A stretch of 64,000 bases of DNA from Octopus vulgaris (taxonomy: Eukaryota), in assembly GCA_951406725.2 (NCBI GenBank), contig OX597818.1, positions 133,734,001 through 133,798,000 on the forward strand, given 5' to 3'. The position numbers and the translations under genes are program-made. The notes beneath the pieces are model-generated. The model was given only the letters and a program-made list of their open reading frames with translations, had not been told where the DNA came from and searched no databases. Below, in pieces: positions 40,340 through 54,149 of this stretch (position 1 is the stretch's first letter; every line of letters begins with the position of its first letter).

Positions 40340-40696
40340 TCATCATCATCATCATCATCATCATCGTTTAACACCCGCGCTAGCACGGGTTGGATGGTTC
40401 GACCGGAGTCTGGGAAGCCAGGGGCTGCACCAGACTCCAGTCTGATCTGGCAGAGTTTCTACAGCTGGATGTCCTTCCTAATGCCAACCACTCCGCGAGT
40501 GTAGTGGGTGCTTTTTACGTGCCACCTGCACAGGTGCCAGAGGGGTCCGGCATCGGCCACAATCAGTTGGAGCTTTTAACGTGCCACCGGCACGGAAGGC
40601 AGCTAAGGCGGCACTGGCAACGGCCACGTTTGGATGGAGCTTTTTATGTGCCACCGGCACAGAAGCCAGTCGGGGCGGCGCTAGCATCAGCCACAT
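40340..40696 (-). mobile_element. (GAT)n-tailed short retroposon (RTE-partner-like) with internal TTTTACGTGCCACC repeats
   Basis: (CAT)n tail at left, CAGCTGGATG.CCTTCCTAATGCCAACCAC core, three internal repeats; related fragments near 1270, 3485, 9470, 13725, 50560, 51935. Confidence 0.8.
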
Positions 40697-40944
40697 AAAA
40701 ATGTAAATAGCTTCTAAGTTTTAAAAAGATTTTTTCTAGTGTTTAACATAGGATTCCTGACATTAAACGACTAGTGTACTGTCAAGGAGAAATTAATCAC
40801 TCCTTAAATATAATATCTGTCTCTTACACATAACATTTTTTGTTACTGTGGCAACTATTCCCAACACCTAGGTCAACTGCAGTATATAGAATTAAGTATA
40901 CTAATCTGAGACACAATTAAATTCTGCATTAATACACAATACAT

Positions 40945-41223
40945 GTCCGTTGCCAGCCTCGCCTGGCCCCCGTGCTGGTGGCACGAAAAAACACCATCCG
41001 TTCGTGGCCGTTTGCCAGCTCTGTCTGGCACCTGTGCAGGTGGCACGTAAAAAGCACCCACTACACTCAGAGTGGTTGGCGTTAGGAAGGGCATCCAGCT
41101 GTAGAAACACTGCCAAATCTGACTGGGCCTGATGAAGCCTTCCGGCTTCACAGACCCCAGTTAAACCGTCCAACCCATGCCAGCATGGAAAACGGACGTT
41201 AAATGATGATGATGATGATGATG
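40945..41223 (+). mobile_element. (GAT)n-tailed short retroposon, inverted relative to 40340-40696
   Basis: GGTTGGCGTTAGGAAGGGCATCCAGCTGTAGAAAC core; ends AACGGACGTTAAA(TGA)n. Confidence 0.8.
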
Positions 41224-44200
41224 ACATGTGGATTTGAAATTGGAAGTTAACACCCTTGAGCTGGCCGTTCAATATCTTATAAACTTGATCATTTCACCTT
41301 TATAGATTGGGTAATGGTAAAAATAAAAGTGATTAGGACAATGACAGCATTTGCATTAATTTACAAGTAGACTGGCACAGTATGTCAACTTTAGCATATT
41401 GACAAAGAGTGTGGCATTACAATGATTCTCCACTACAAAAAAGAAATTATAGAAAATTTTACTATGTATTGTTAAGTATTAAACATCATTGAATATCTTC
41501 ATTGTGATGCAATAGCATCTTATGAAAAATGATGTTTTAAATATCACTAGGTATATTCATTAGTTATAATGTTAATTAAGCTAAGTGACATTTCAAGAAA
41601 AATCAGTAAACTGTAAACGTTTCTTTTAATTTTTCTAATTTTTTTTTTTTTTGTTTTTTATTATCATTATTATTTGTAAAGTGGTGAGCTGGCAGAATCA
41701 TAATTGTGCCAGAGAAACTGCATGGCAGCATTTCTTCAGATGTTACATTCTAAGTTCAAATGCCATCATGGTCAACTTTGCCTTTTATCCTTTGGGATCA
41801 ATAAAATAAGTACCGTTTGAGAACTGGGGTCAATGTAAGCAACTTCTCCACTCCTCAAATTTGCTAACCTTGTACCAAAATAAAACAGGATTGTTATTAT
41901 TATTATTTGAATTAATGTAGAAAGCATATATTTTTCATTTGAATTACTTCCATATAAACATTAACATTATCTATCTTGGTAGTCAAAACTACTCCATACT
42001 GGTGAGAACATAACCACTGGTAAATGCTTTTGTGACAAGTTTAATTCTTTTGATTCGAACACCTGAGACCACCTTTGATTATCTTATAGAAAGCTACCTG
42101 ATTTAATATTTTCATATTTAAATTAAAATCATCCATTCCAATTTTAATCATTTTTTTTTGTTATGTTCCAAATGCCAGTTTAACATAGAAGTAAATGTAA
42201 AAGTTAGTTATTTTATTGAATGCAACAAAATTCATGATTTTTTAAAAAGATTTAATGGAAACATACAGACAGTATTTTATCAGAAATATGGTTACAAAAG
42301 GGTTAAACTAATGAGGTAAGGGAGAGATAGACTATTTACAATATCTAAACTGAAGGTGACACACAGTAAAATTGTTTCTTAACGTACAGCATGCACTTAA
42401 ATAGCATACAGTATTCCATTAAAGAACAACCCTTCTTTTAGTTACCAAAAACATTCCATTGTTATTACCAAGCTTGTTCGGGGAAATGGTGTCCATGTCT
42501 GCCAGATGACATGAGCCAATAATTTTGAGGGAGCCTTTTCTCACCAATTCAAAGAAAAGGGAAGATGTTTCAGTAAGAAATTACCTTTTTGAAAAGTTGT
42601 TTTAGTACATCATGCACACTACATGCATATGTACATATCGATAACTTGGGCATAAACCATGACTATTTAGCACTGATTATAAAGGTATTTGGAGAGTAGT
42701 TTGAAATAAGGTCGATATTTCACTTCTGGTCTGATCCTATCATTGACTTCACATCGGCATTTTTATAATCACCTTCATTACTACAAACAGGTACTACAAT
42801 AATTATCGTAATTCACTGTTGAAAGAAATGACAATAATGTATAACTGGTGAGTATTATGAACCTCACATCATAGAAGTGGCATCCCACCTCCTGAGAAAT
42901 ATCTGTAATAGCTTTTTAGCTCAACATTCAACATCATGAAGATGGATAAGTCCTAGTACAGAATGAAACTTTCCAATGAAGATAGTGAATAAAAAAGTTA
43001 ACCTTTTACGCATTTAGTTCCCTTTCAAATATTAAAAAGTGATTTAAGCCTGCTCTACATAGCCTAACAACTGCTCACTGGACTAGTAGTTGTCTCCAGC
43101 TCCTACAGTGTTAATCAGTTGATGGACAGGTCTCCCTCTAGATACAATTACAGCCTATCTAAATCAGCACTAGAGCAATACATCACTCACCAATAGTATG
43201 ATGTTGTTGCTACTTATAGTGAAGAATTACAACCATTTTACAGTACTTACTAGCAACCTGGTGGACTGAGCTGTCAAGTGACAAATGTTTTATCCAGGGA
43301 CACAATAGTCCAATTGGCAGAATGCAAATACCAACTTCTTTGCATAGATGTCAGATTCATGCTCAGAAAAAGTACAAATTACCGTTGGCCATAATCATTT
43401 AAGATATGACTCCTTTGACTGAAAAGAAGATCAATGCAAAATATCCAGATATAATAGCCATAGACTGTAACAAAAATATCTACACTATGACAACTCTATC
43501 CCTTCTAACCAAAATATTTTCCATAATTAAGTGGAGAAATTTCAAAAATACAAGGATCTCAAAACTGAAATAGGCAGAGAGTTGGACAAAAAGTATAAAC
43601 CGTACTAATAATAATTGGATCGCTATGCATGGTAAAAGAACATGAACAAAAGCAGACAAATTATACCATGCACAGTCAAAGTGAATAACACTGCTAAGCA
43701 CAGCCAACATTTAAATATTCTTATGGAAAACAGTTGGGTTCAGATATGTAAAATAGTTTGACATTTATCAATTCCACAATGCTACCAATTAGACCTAGGT
43801 AAATTTAATTATTGGGAATTAAGTGCTATGTTTATACTGCAGATGTGATTACAGAATACAAATATTAGAATGTTCCCTCTCTAGCAGTATGCAAGTGAGA
43901 AGCGTTTAATTAGCTTTTATTATTGAATTCAGATTCCCTCATTTTCATGGAGACTGCAATGGGGGACACTACCAATGTATCTTATCTTGAATCACTACAC
44001 GAAGACAAGGCCTTCATTTCTTCCCAACGACCAAATGAATTAAAACACATTACTTTAAATAAAAGGAGCATGGAATGGTGCCTTAGGTACAATTTGAAAT
44101 CATAGATTATCAGCCAAGATTCTAATACTTCATCCACTTCATCAGAGCGACACTAACTTGACAGATTTTTACCTGACAGTCTCATGCAAACAATAACACC

Positions 44201-46756
44201 AAAGTGATCATCACCCTTCAGAATAACCAAACTTCAATTTATACGTTAAAATACTTAATTAATTGTTCATACTATTAGAAAATTATTGTCGTTTCATTAC
44301 ACATTATTTTCTTTTTTTTACTATTTGCAAAATCTTTTGATTACACTCACAACTTAAAACCTTAGATAGGTGATTAATAATTGATTCAGTAAATCTATCC
44401 ATATAAAGGCATCTCTACATCTTACAGTTTACATACTGATCATAGTAAGTAAATCTAGGTGTAGAATAAATTCCTCAAAAACATGTAACGCACATTCCCA
44501 GAGGGAAATGACTTTATGTTAGCATAAAGGAAAGGTATCACAATATTGAAGAAAATATTTCAGTACCCACAAACAAGTAAATCAATAAATTATATTACAA
44601 CATTTTTTAATGATGCTTTTGATAATGAGTTCAGAACAAGGACCTAAAATTTTAGTAGCAGAACAAAAGTTCTTCTATTAATACTGAAAATCTGTTTTGA
44701 AAATTTGAAAAGACAAAACTAAAATTAGATTTATTTCTGCATCAAAAGTCAAATGTCTTATTAAATATGGGACCACAATCTAACTAATTATAAACTAATT
44801 TTAATCATTTATATATAAATACATATACACATAAAACATGTGCGCGTGTGTGTGTGTGTGTGTGTATTTATATATGTAAATGAAAGAACAAAGAAAATTA
44901 TGAGACATATCTTATTTAAAAATCATGTTTATGAAACTGGAAAAAATGTAGCTAAAGCAGAAGAATTCATTTTTTTCATTTTTAATTACAGACAAGAAAA
45001 TATTAAATTAAATGTTTTCCAATGTTAAATATAACTGTAAATTTTAGATCTTGATTTTAAAGATCACCATGATTATTTACCGATAATTAGACAATTATTT
45101 AGTGGAATTACACATATTTTCTTTTCTTATTTTGCCATTTATTAATCTTTTTCTTTTTTGACATTTTATTGTATTTCAATAAGTTTATTTCACAAAACCC
45201 ATTCATCAAAATTGTTTTCATCATTCACTTTCTTTTTTTTTTTCCTCTCTCTAAAATTACCAAAATGAACACTTTCATAACTGTTATTATGATCAATAGT
45301 AGATAAACAAAAATGATTTTAGATATGGAAGAAATTTTAAAGTTTGCTAACTATGAAAATATTGCAATTTTTAAAAAATTGATGCTTTAAACATAAGTAT
45401 AATTTTATTGTTACCTCAGTGTCTTGAGTTCAACTCAAAGAAACAAAAAAAAAAAAAGAGAAAAAGAACACCTAAAAGTCTTATTTGAAGTGCAAAGCAA
45501 GATTGCAAACGAATAAATTAGTTGGTAAACGATAGATAAATCTTTATAAAGGCAACCCCATTAGATAAGAAAAATCTGAATAACTGAAAGAGCAGGAAAG
45601 ATTAAGAAATCTTTATAGTTGAGAAAATATGAGAAATTGATAACACTAAGTGGTGATGATAAAAAAAAAATAAGTATTAAATAGAAACAGCTAGATCTGT
45701 TTAAGAAGCCTTGTCTTTTGACACTTCAGAAGGAAACTATTGTAATGTATCTAGTAGATATAAAGGTGTCCCCAGAATCTTTGATATAGAATATCTTATT
45801 CATAATGATCACTCTTTAGTGCTTTGTACAAAATAAAATATTCTTTATAACTCTTTTTTCGTCACTAAATCAAGATAATATAACAGAAATGTTTTATTAT
45901 TTTTTTATTCTTTGTCCTTTTGCTTCTTTGTGACATAGCTTTAGACAAAAAAATGATAATAGAGAAAGATCCAAAGAAGCAAAAGAATACAAAAAGAGAG
46001 ACCAAATATTTGATATTCTTTGATTCCTTATAAATCCCTTAAGATAAACTTATTATACTATTCCTTACTTTCTACAAAACATTATCATGAAAACTAAGAG
46101 TGTCTTGACAGCATATAAATATATATAATATAATGTTCATCGATGCTACAAGTCAAGAAATGATTAATATAGATATAAAAAAAAAAAATGAATGTCAGCA
46201 TTAAGCAAGCTTGGTAATACAAAGACTTGTGTAACTTAAGAAAACTCTGGAGACTGAATAATGTTATCAACCTGAGACACTGTCACATGTAGTTAAAAAG
46301 AAACAAAAGCATGAAAGATATCTCTGAGAAGTTATTACTAAATAATACTCATCTGAATTGCAAAGCAATTATTAAAATAATATGATACTACTATATTGGC
46401 ATTTATCTACAGTAATAGTCTGTGATATAATGAGTGTATATATATATATATATATATAAAATTATGCATTCAAACTACATATTCACATTTATTGATATCT
46501 ACACATAAGAGTGATTAAATTAGATTTTTTTCATCATTTCAAACTCTCATCAACAGCATAACAAAAAACATACAAAAGTAATAAGGCAAAACAAACACTA
46601 GTATCTAAGTAAAATATAGACAACAGAGGAATATATTCAAATATATGTAAGCCCTATTAAACCCTATATGAGCATAATAGCAACTTTCTAGCAGACCCCA
46701 AATATAAGGTCAATAATTCCTGAAGAAAATGTAGTGTGTGTGTATGTATATGTATG

Positions 46757-46800
<44 letters not shown>

Positions 46801-46809
46801 TATATATTT

Positions 46810-47211
46810 TTATTCTTATACCTGTTTCAGCCATTTGACTGTGGCCATGCTGGAGCACTGCCTTAAAGGGTTTCAGTCAAAATAATTGATCCCAGGATTT
46901 ATTTTTTGTAAGCCTAGTACTTATTCTATTAGTCTCTTTTGCTGAACTGCTAAGTCACAAGGACGTGAACAAACCAACATCAGGGAGGGGGGGACAAACA
47001 CAAATACAAAGACACACACACATAAATATATTCATATATATATATTCGACAGACTTCTTTCAATTTCCATCTACCAAATCCACTCACAAAGCTTTGGTCA
47101 ACCCAAGGCTATAGTAAAAGACACTTGCCCAAGGTGCCGTGCAGTGAGACTGAACCTGGAACCATGTGGCTGGGAAGCAGGCTTCTTACCACACAGCCAC
47201 ACCTGCGCCTA
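46810..47211 (-). mobile_element. Same microsatellite-containing SINE family (older)
   Basis: Diverged full-length copy between (TA)n and (TATTA)n tracts. Confidence 0.8.
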
Positions 47212-47340
47212 TATATATTATATTATATTATATTATATCATATTATATTATATTATATTATTATATTATATTATATTATATTATATTATATTATATTATA
47301 TTATATTATATTATATTATAATATATTATATTATATATAT
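47212..47340. repeat. (TATTA)n pentanucleotide microsatellite
   Basis: Direct inspection. Confidence 0.95.
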
Positions 47341-48879
47341 GGACTTTGCACATTTTTTCCTTGCTAATAACAATGACAATGATGTATAATAAGTATAATA
47401 AAAAGACCAGTCCAGCATCTATAGGTTCAAATTTCTTCACCTTCATGATGACATTAGGGCAGACTCCATTGAGAACTGCTAAAATATGATGAGTGAGTGA
47501 TTTGTATCAATTGGCTCCATTTTATACAGCTTAGATCAATGTAAGAACCTACTCAATGAGCTTCCTTTCAATTTTTTCTTTTTTTTTAAACTCTATATGG
47601 TGATAATTCCATTTATAAAAATGATAGGAGATATAGTGGGTTCATAGTAAACAAATGTAAGCTATGTACCCATCAGCAAATATATATTTTAAAAAATTCA
47701 CAATGTTAGCCATTCAAAACTCAAATGATGATTGCTGAAGAATTTAATGAAAGCATACTTTGATTGTTGTTCAAAAATAAACAGGAACAGAATATTCAAA
47801 GCCAATATCTAAGTTTTGAAGGATTTATCACGATGCTAGAACAATAACATAGATTAAGGGCAGAACTAATCACTATATCATTTTGTCCACACATGACTGT
47901 TAATAAAAAGGATCTTTGAAAACTCATGATTAAAAGCCAATAAGAAAAAAAGAAATGATAGGGAGAGAAGATATTCAGCACAAATAAATCTAAGTATAAA
48001 TACAATAGAGAAATATCCCTTTCTTTCATGAAAAGACTTACTTCTATTGTAAAGCGATAGAAATATATGAATTGAAATTTTGAATAGTTTACATACCATT
48101 GTTCGTTGCTTTCTTCAGCAGGTACAGAAAAAACATATCAAAGATACATAAGTAGTAAAGATACAATAAAATTCCAAAACCCCCATTCTGACAACTTTAG
48201 AAATAGGTTTTTTTACTATTTCTCTCTCTCTTTTTTTTTTCTTTCTTTTACCTATCATTTTTCATTTACAAAGAAAACTTTCTGGAAAATATCATATGTA
48301 AGATAAGATATTGTTTTATCTGAAGTTAAGAATATTGCACGAACAATCTTGAATTCAGGATATCTTAGGAAGGAATGGAATACATTTGGTTGTTGAAAAG
48401 ATTGTAAGATATTCTATGAGAAAAGATGCTAAGTAAAAGTAATTTCTTTTAACAACAAAACAAAATGAAAAGAATCAGTCGAACATGCTTTCTATACATG
48501 CAATTCTTTAGTGAAGTACAATTTCTTTTACTTTTTCTTTCTTTTTTTTTTTGATGATTCATTAACATATATAAAATAAATAGATTCTCTTCCCATAAAA
48601 CTGACTTCATATCCACTCACCAACAAAACACTTGGAAATAAATCACAAGATTTCAGAAGTTCCATATGTGTTTGACACTATATATTATTTCAATAACAAG
48701 CTTTCTATTTTGTTAAGTAATTATGTTCTATAACTAACAATAATATGCAGATAGCATCTGTTTAGTGATTAGAAAGCAAATACAAAGCTAATATTTTCTG
48801 AATCATAACTGTCCATAGGGTTGATGCTCAGTATATTTTACCAATTTGCACTTGATAAATATGATGGTATAATTAATGG

Positions 48880-49269
48880 GTGGAGGCGCAATGGCCCAGT
48901 GGTTAGGGCAGCGGACTCACGGTCATAGGATCGCGGTTTCGATTCCCATACCAGGCGCTGTGAGTGTTTATTGAGTGAAAACACCTAAAAGCTCCACGAG
49001 GCTCTGGCAGGGGATGGTGGTGATCCCTGCTGTACTCTTTCACCACAACTTTCTCTCACTCTTACTTCCTGTTTCTGTTGTACCTGTATTTCAAGGGGCC
49101 GGCCTTGTCACTCTCTGTGTCACGCTGAATATCCCCGAGAACTACGTTAAGGGTGCACGTGTCTGTGGAGTGCTCAGCCACTTACACGTTAATTTCACAA
49201 GCAGGCTGTTCCGTTGATTCGGATCAACCGGAACCCTCATCATCGTAACCGACGGAGTGCTTCCACCAC
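48880..49269 (+). mobile_element. tRNA(Arg)-derived SINE (head 1 + tail A)
   Basis: Full length; TSD ATAATTAATGG (48869-48879, 49270-49280). Confidence 0.92.
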
Positions 49270-50094
49270 ATAATTAATGGACTGTATAGATATCATATCT
49301 ACATATCTTTTTGAGCTTGCTAAGACAGGTAACTGAGTTAGTTTGCATGCAAGAGTATGAGCAAAGCTTTAACCAAAGTTTGAAAGGGATGTCGACAGAC
49401 ACTACTTAAAAGGTGTAGATTCTACTCATTTTGGATGACTTATTTGTATTTTATTTTATGCATGAAAATATAGGGCTTTTTTAGAAGGGTGCTAAACATA
49501 GGCAACTAGGGACATCGGCATAGTAATAACCTAAGGTATAAATTATAGGCAGAAGTATAAACTTACTTTGAGATAACTTGTAAATACATCATAAATAAAT
49601 TATAAATGATATCACCACTCCCCCATTATGTCCAGAAGAATAAAAAGTTATAAACATGATAATAAACAACTCAGACAGCAATTAGGAAAATGAAAAGAAA
49701 GATCCATTAAACACAACAAATTTCAGTGAGTCAAATGTTAAAGCAAACTAAAGTCTGGTACCCAAATAAATACCAAAAACATTCACACCTAATAACAATG
49801 AACACTGGAGTAAAGTCAAAGACTGACATAACCAAAGATGTCAGTACCTTGTCTACAAAACAGCTTTACAAATAATTACTTTATTTATCAAAATGATATG
49901 TAGAAGACATTAATCTCCCACTTAAAGAAGAATGTAATGAGAAATTTTTTAAAAACAAAAATGTAACTAAACAGAAAGAAATCTCCAATGGCTTATAAAA
50001 ACTGACTTTGAATAGTTGCTTTGCAATTGTATTAGTAACCAGGCTGCAGATGTACGACAAAACTTTTTGACATTTTATAGTGTATGATAATATT

Positions 50095-50546
50095 TGTTTC
50101 AAATTTTGGCACAGGACTAGCAGTTTGGGGGATGGGATAAGTCAATTACATCAACCCCAGTCCTCACTCTACTTATTTTATCAGCCCCACAAAAAAAAAA
50201 AAATAAAAGGTAGTCAACCTCGATGGAATATCAACTCAGAACATAAAGAGAGAAAAAATGCCACTAAGCATTTTTCCCAGCACAGTAATGATTCTTCCAG
50301 CTCACTGCCTTATAGTGTATGATAATATTGGCTTCAAATTTTGGCACAAGGCCAGAAAGTTTGCAGGAGGGGTTAAGTCAGTTGCACCAACCTCAGTGCT
50401 TAACTGGTACTTATTTTATTGACCTTGAAAGGATGACAGGCAAATTTGACTCCAGCAACATTTGAACTCAGAATGTAAAGACAGAAAAAATGCTGTTAAG
50501 CAATTTGCCCAGTATGCTATAATGATTCTACCAACTCAATACCTTA
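50095..50546 (-). mobile_element. Two tandem degenerate Deu/Nin-like SINEs
   Basis: Two ~220-bp copies separated and flanked by TAGTGTATGAT repeats (50078, 50313, 50545). Confidence 0.65.
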
Positions 50547-52856
50547 GTGTATGATGATGATGATCATCATCATCATCATTATCATCATCATCACCATCAT
50601 CATCATCATTTAATACCCATTGTCCATGCTGGCATGGGTTGAACGGTTTGACCAAGGCTGGCAAGCTGGAAGGCTGCACCAGACTCCAGTCTGATTTGGC
50701 ATGGTTTTCTAGAGCTGGATGCTCTTCCTAATGCCAACCACTCCAAGAGTGTAATGGGTGCTTTTACGTGCCACCAGCATGGGTACTATTTATGTGATAC
50801 CAGTATCTGCCATGACTGTGATTTTGCTCGGCTTGATGGGTCTTCTTCTCAAGCACAACAAATGCCAAAGGTCTCAATCATTGCCTTTGTGAGCCCCAAG
50901 AAATGAAATAAACATGAACATAACTGCATATATGATTATAATGACTCTTCTAAGAGGACTCTCCTATGATGTCATTGTTTAGTATATATATAAAAATCAT
51001 CATCATCATCCTCCTTATTTTATGCCCACTTTCCATACAGGCTTGGAGTGGACAAGCCACTACAGTCACAGTCAACATGTATTCAAGGAGGAAACTGTTC
51101 ATCTAGATGGGCTGTAAGGCCTGATCTCACTGTTATTGTGTTTTTGGTTTGGTTTCTACAGCTAGATGCCATCCCTAACACCAACCATTTTTCAGAGTGT
51201 GCTGGGTGCATTTTTCATGGCACTAGTGTCATGCCTTCAAGGAGACTAAAAGGTCTTCACAACCTCACACTGTGCAGGTGTGTTATTTGCATGCCATCAT
51301 CATTAAAGAAATAGCCTTGGCACAACTTGCTAGTTTCATTACAGAGTGAGAAGCATGAATGATAGAGATGAGAGGAACATGTGATAGGGGAAGGAATGAT
51401 AATAATACTCAGTAACCTAAGATAGCTACATATATACAAGGCAACATGGTTGAGATGGCAAGATGCTGAGAGAAGTCTAGGAACAGAAAGATGACAGAAG
51501 CCCAGGATGTGAGAGGAAAAAGAGAATAAGAGTATGCCGGCAGACTGAGTGACACAGGGTGACAACAAACAATATAAGAAGCGGGGGTAAAAGTAGAGTA
51601 AACTAGGCACAAGTGGTTCCATGTAGTTACCAATGAATAGATGATGAGTAAGACAGGTTCAGTGATTAGTACAGCCACATTACAAATGGAAAGAGGGTGG
51701 GTTCTGTATTAGTGAGTGACACAAAAGGAGTGATGGAAAAGAGGATCAGAGCAGGTGCAGTGACAACAGATATTCACTGCCTTCCTCAGACACACCAGGA
51801 GCATAGGACAATGAGAAATAAGAAGAGGAGAGTAAGAGATCAATAACAGGTATAGGTGAAATAATGCAATGCATGGTGAACACAAAAGACCAACAATAAA
51901 AGCGTGAGTAAATGAGTATGTCTGGGTATATACCATTATCATCATCGTTTGATGTCAGTTTTCCATGCTGCCATGAGGTGGATGATTTGATAGAAGCTGG
52001 CAAGCCAGAAGACTACACCAGGCTTCACTGTTTGTTTTGGCATGGTTTTTACAGCTGGATGCCCTTCATAATGCCAACCACCGTACAGAATGGTCTAGGT
52101 GTACTTTTATGTGCACCAGTACTGGCAAGGTTTCCTTTGGTACAGTTTTTACAGTTGGATGCTCTTCCAAATGTCAACCACTTAATGGTATGGATTGGAT
52201 GCTTTTTACATGGCACTAGCTATATATATATATTGTTGGCATAATAAGAAGTTTACAATAATTCTTTTTTGGAGCAGTAGATCTCGAGGATCATAAAGAC
52301 AGGTATTCTACCATTGGACCAAAGTAATCCTTTGAATTTCTCTCTCCATTTTAGAAACTTTATTCTTACCAGCAAGAATTGTAAGTCATTGACATCATAC
52401 GAATTTTATAAGCTTCCAAGAGAATGTGAAATAATTATTTTTTGAAACAGTCGATCTTGAAAAACATAAAGCTATAAATAATAGTATGTAAATACTTAGT
52501 TGAAAAATCCTTTTTGAATAGAAAAGTCAAAAGCTGCCCATGGGCCTCAAATCCAAGTCTCCTGTAGACATAGCAAGTGTTCTACCAATGGATCATACAA
52601 TCAATATTTGATGAAAGCGTCATATGGTAAATCTGTGTCTTTATAATGCTTCATTACACTTTACTACTTCCTGAATATAACTGATATTTTTAATCTAAAC
52701 AGTAGACTATATACTTTACATGTTACCAAAAAGGTTTGGACAAACATCAGAAAGATATTAAGTAAATAACTCTTTAATAATAGGGTGTCATACTTTGGAT
52801 CAAAAACCCATGTTTGTAATGATCAAAAGCTGTATCAGTGTATAATTCCATAGAAA

Positions 52857-53258
52857 TCTTTATATATAAAAGTGAAGTTGTGTGTCTGTCTCCTACGATT
52901 TAGATTCCTAACTACTCCCACATTTTGCGGTGCAGTGTAACCAAAAGCGGGTATCTTATAGTCGTGATTCATATAGAGCCCTTCTGGGTATTAGTGCACG
53001 TCTACAATGAGTCTACGATTTAAAAAAAAATTTACCATAATTTTTTTCCATTTTTAATGCATTTTTTTGCTATTATATAAGGGAAGTAACTCTCTAAAAA
53101 TGTATTATTAAATCTCAGAACGTAAAAAGCTACAGTAACACCCACCTTTGTGGTTAGCCATATTGAGATGGCTATTATACTTTACATCTCTAAAAATGCT
53201 TATATAGTTATTTCCCTTACAAACCCGAGCAACGCCGGGTGATAGTTACATATGCTAG
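52857..53258 (+). mobile_element. Non-autonomous Helitron
   Basis: Starts A|TCTTTATATATAAAAG, ends with subterminal hairpin CCCGAGCAACGCCGGG (53224-53239) then CTAG|T; inserted between A and T, no TSD. Confidence 0.85.
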
Positions 53259-53452
53259 TTACATATACAGTGAAAATAACTGTTTTTTTATGACAAGCTT
53301 GTTGTTCTTGGATTTGAAAAAAAAGTGTTTTTCATTTTGTTTATGAAGATTTTATAACTAATCACATGGACAAAAAATTTCAAAATCTCATATATCAATA
53401 AATTTTAGCAAGGAGAGGTCAATTGGAAAAAGTAGACATTTTTAAAAATTAT

Positions 53453-53607
53453 CTAACCCTTCGGCATTTAAACTGGCCATATCTGACCCAGGTATTCTAC
53501 TTGTTTCATGTTCAAACCAGCCAAACAATCACATCATCAAAATCTCAAAATTATGTGATAATTACATAATTATCTTTTGAGAGAGTAATCTGAATGCTAA
53601 ACGGTTA
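53453..53607. mobile_element. Degenerate TTAA/CCCT-ended MITE (piggyBac-like) next to the kinesin exon
   Basis: Imperfect TIRs TAACCCTTCGGCATTTA / TGAATGCTAAACGGTTAA; similar relics near 29037-29270, 33980-34205 and 42040-42306. Confidence 0.5.
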
Positions 53608-53695
53608 AGAATTGATAATGAAACATTTATGAACACAAGTAGCAAAATACAAACTGGATACAGCTTTTGGTAATAAAACTAGTTCTTTCATTTAC

Positions 53696-53865
53696 CTTGA
53701 ACATAAACTCCTTTCTCTGGGTGTTCTTTCAAACTCATTGACGATTTTGTATCCTTTCCGAGTAAATCATGGATTTCCTCATTGTAAATTTCAAGATATG
53801 AAGCTCGTATGAGAAATTTTGTGTTTTCAGCAATAGACACCGTTTCAAATATGTGTTCAAATGAC
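53696..53865 (-). CDS. KIF17: Internal coding exon of a kinesin-2 (KIF17/OSM-3-like) motor domain
   Basis: Minus strand: polypyrimidine acceptor ...tttttcctttcAG|, 170-nt exon (phase 2 in, phase 1 out), donor |GTaaat. Translates (R)[56 protein letters not shown](G), with the kinesin [12 protein letters not shown] motif. It closely matches the recalled KIF17 sequence [56 protein letters not shown]. Kinesin identity is near-certain; the KIF17 subfamily call is somewhat less so. Confidence 0.92.
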
Positions 53866-54149
53866 CTGAAAGGAAAAAGAAAAAATAGATCATCACCATC
53901 ATTATCATCTTCCTTCTTGAAACAACACCACTAGGAATATTTGAACTTAACACAAGAACTATAAAAAAAACACACATTGGTAAGGTAGTGGAAACATTAG
54001 AGTGTCAGACTAAATGTTCTTACATTATTTAGTCCCACACATTTATATTTCAAGTTCAAAATGTTACTAAGATTAGTTTAGGGAATGTTATATGCAACCG
54101 GCAGGTTGCATATAAAGTTCTCTATTACAATTCTATCCAAGTAGAATTG

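Noticed and set aside
52262-52600. Two minus-strand tRNA-like remnants (TGGTAGAA.AC.TG motif)
   Set aside because: Too degenerate to fold as tRNAs; probably an old tRNA-derived repeat.
53735-53977. 80-aa ORF from the track overlapping the kinesin exon
   Set aside because: Wrong frame; the kinesin reading is in a different minus-strand frame bounded by splice sites.
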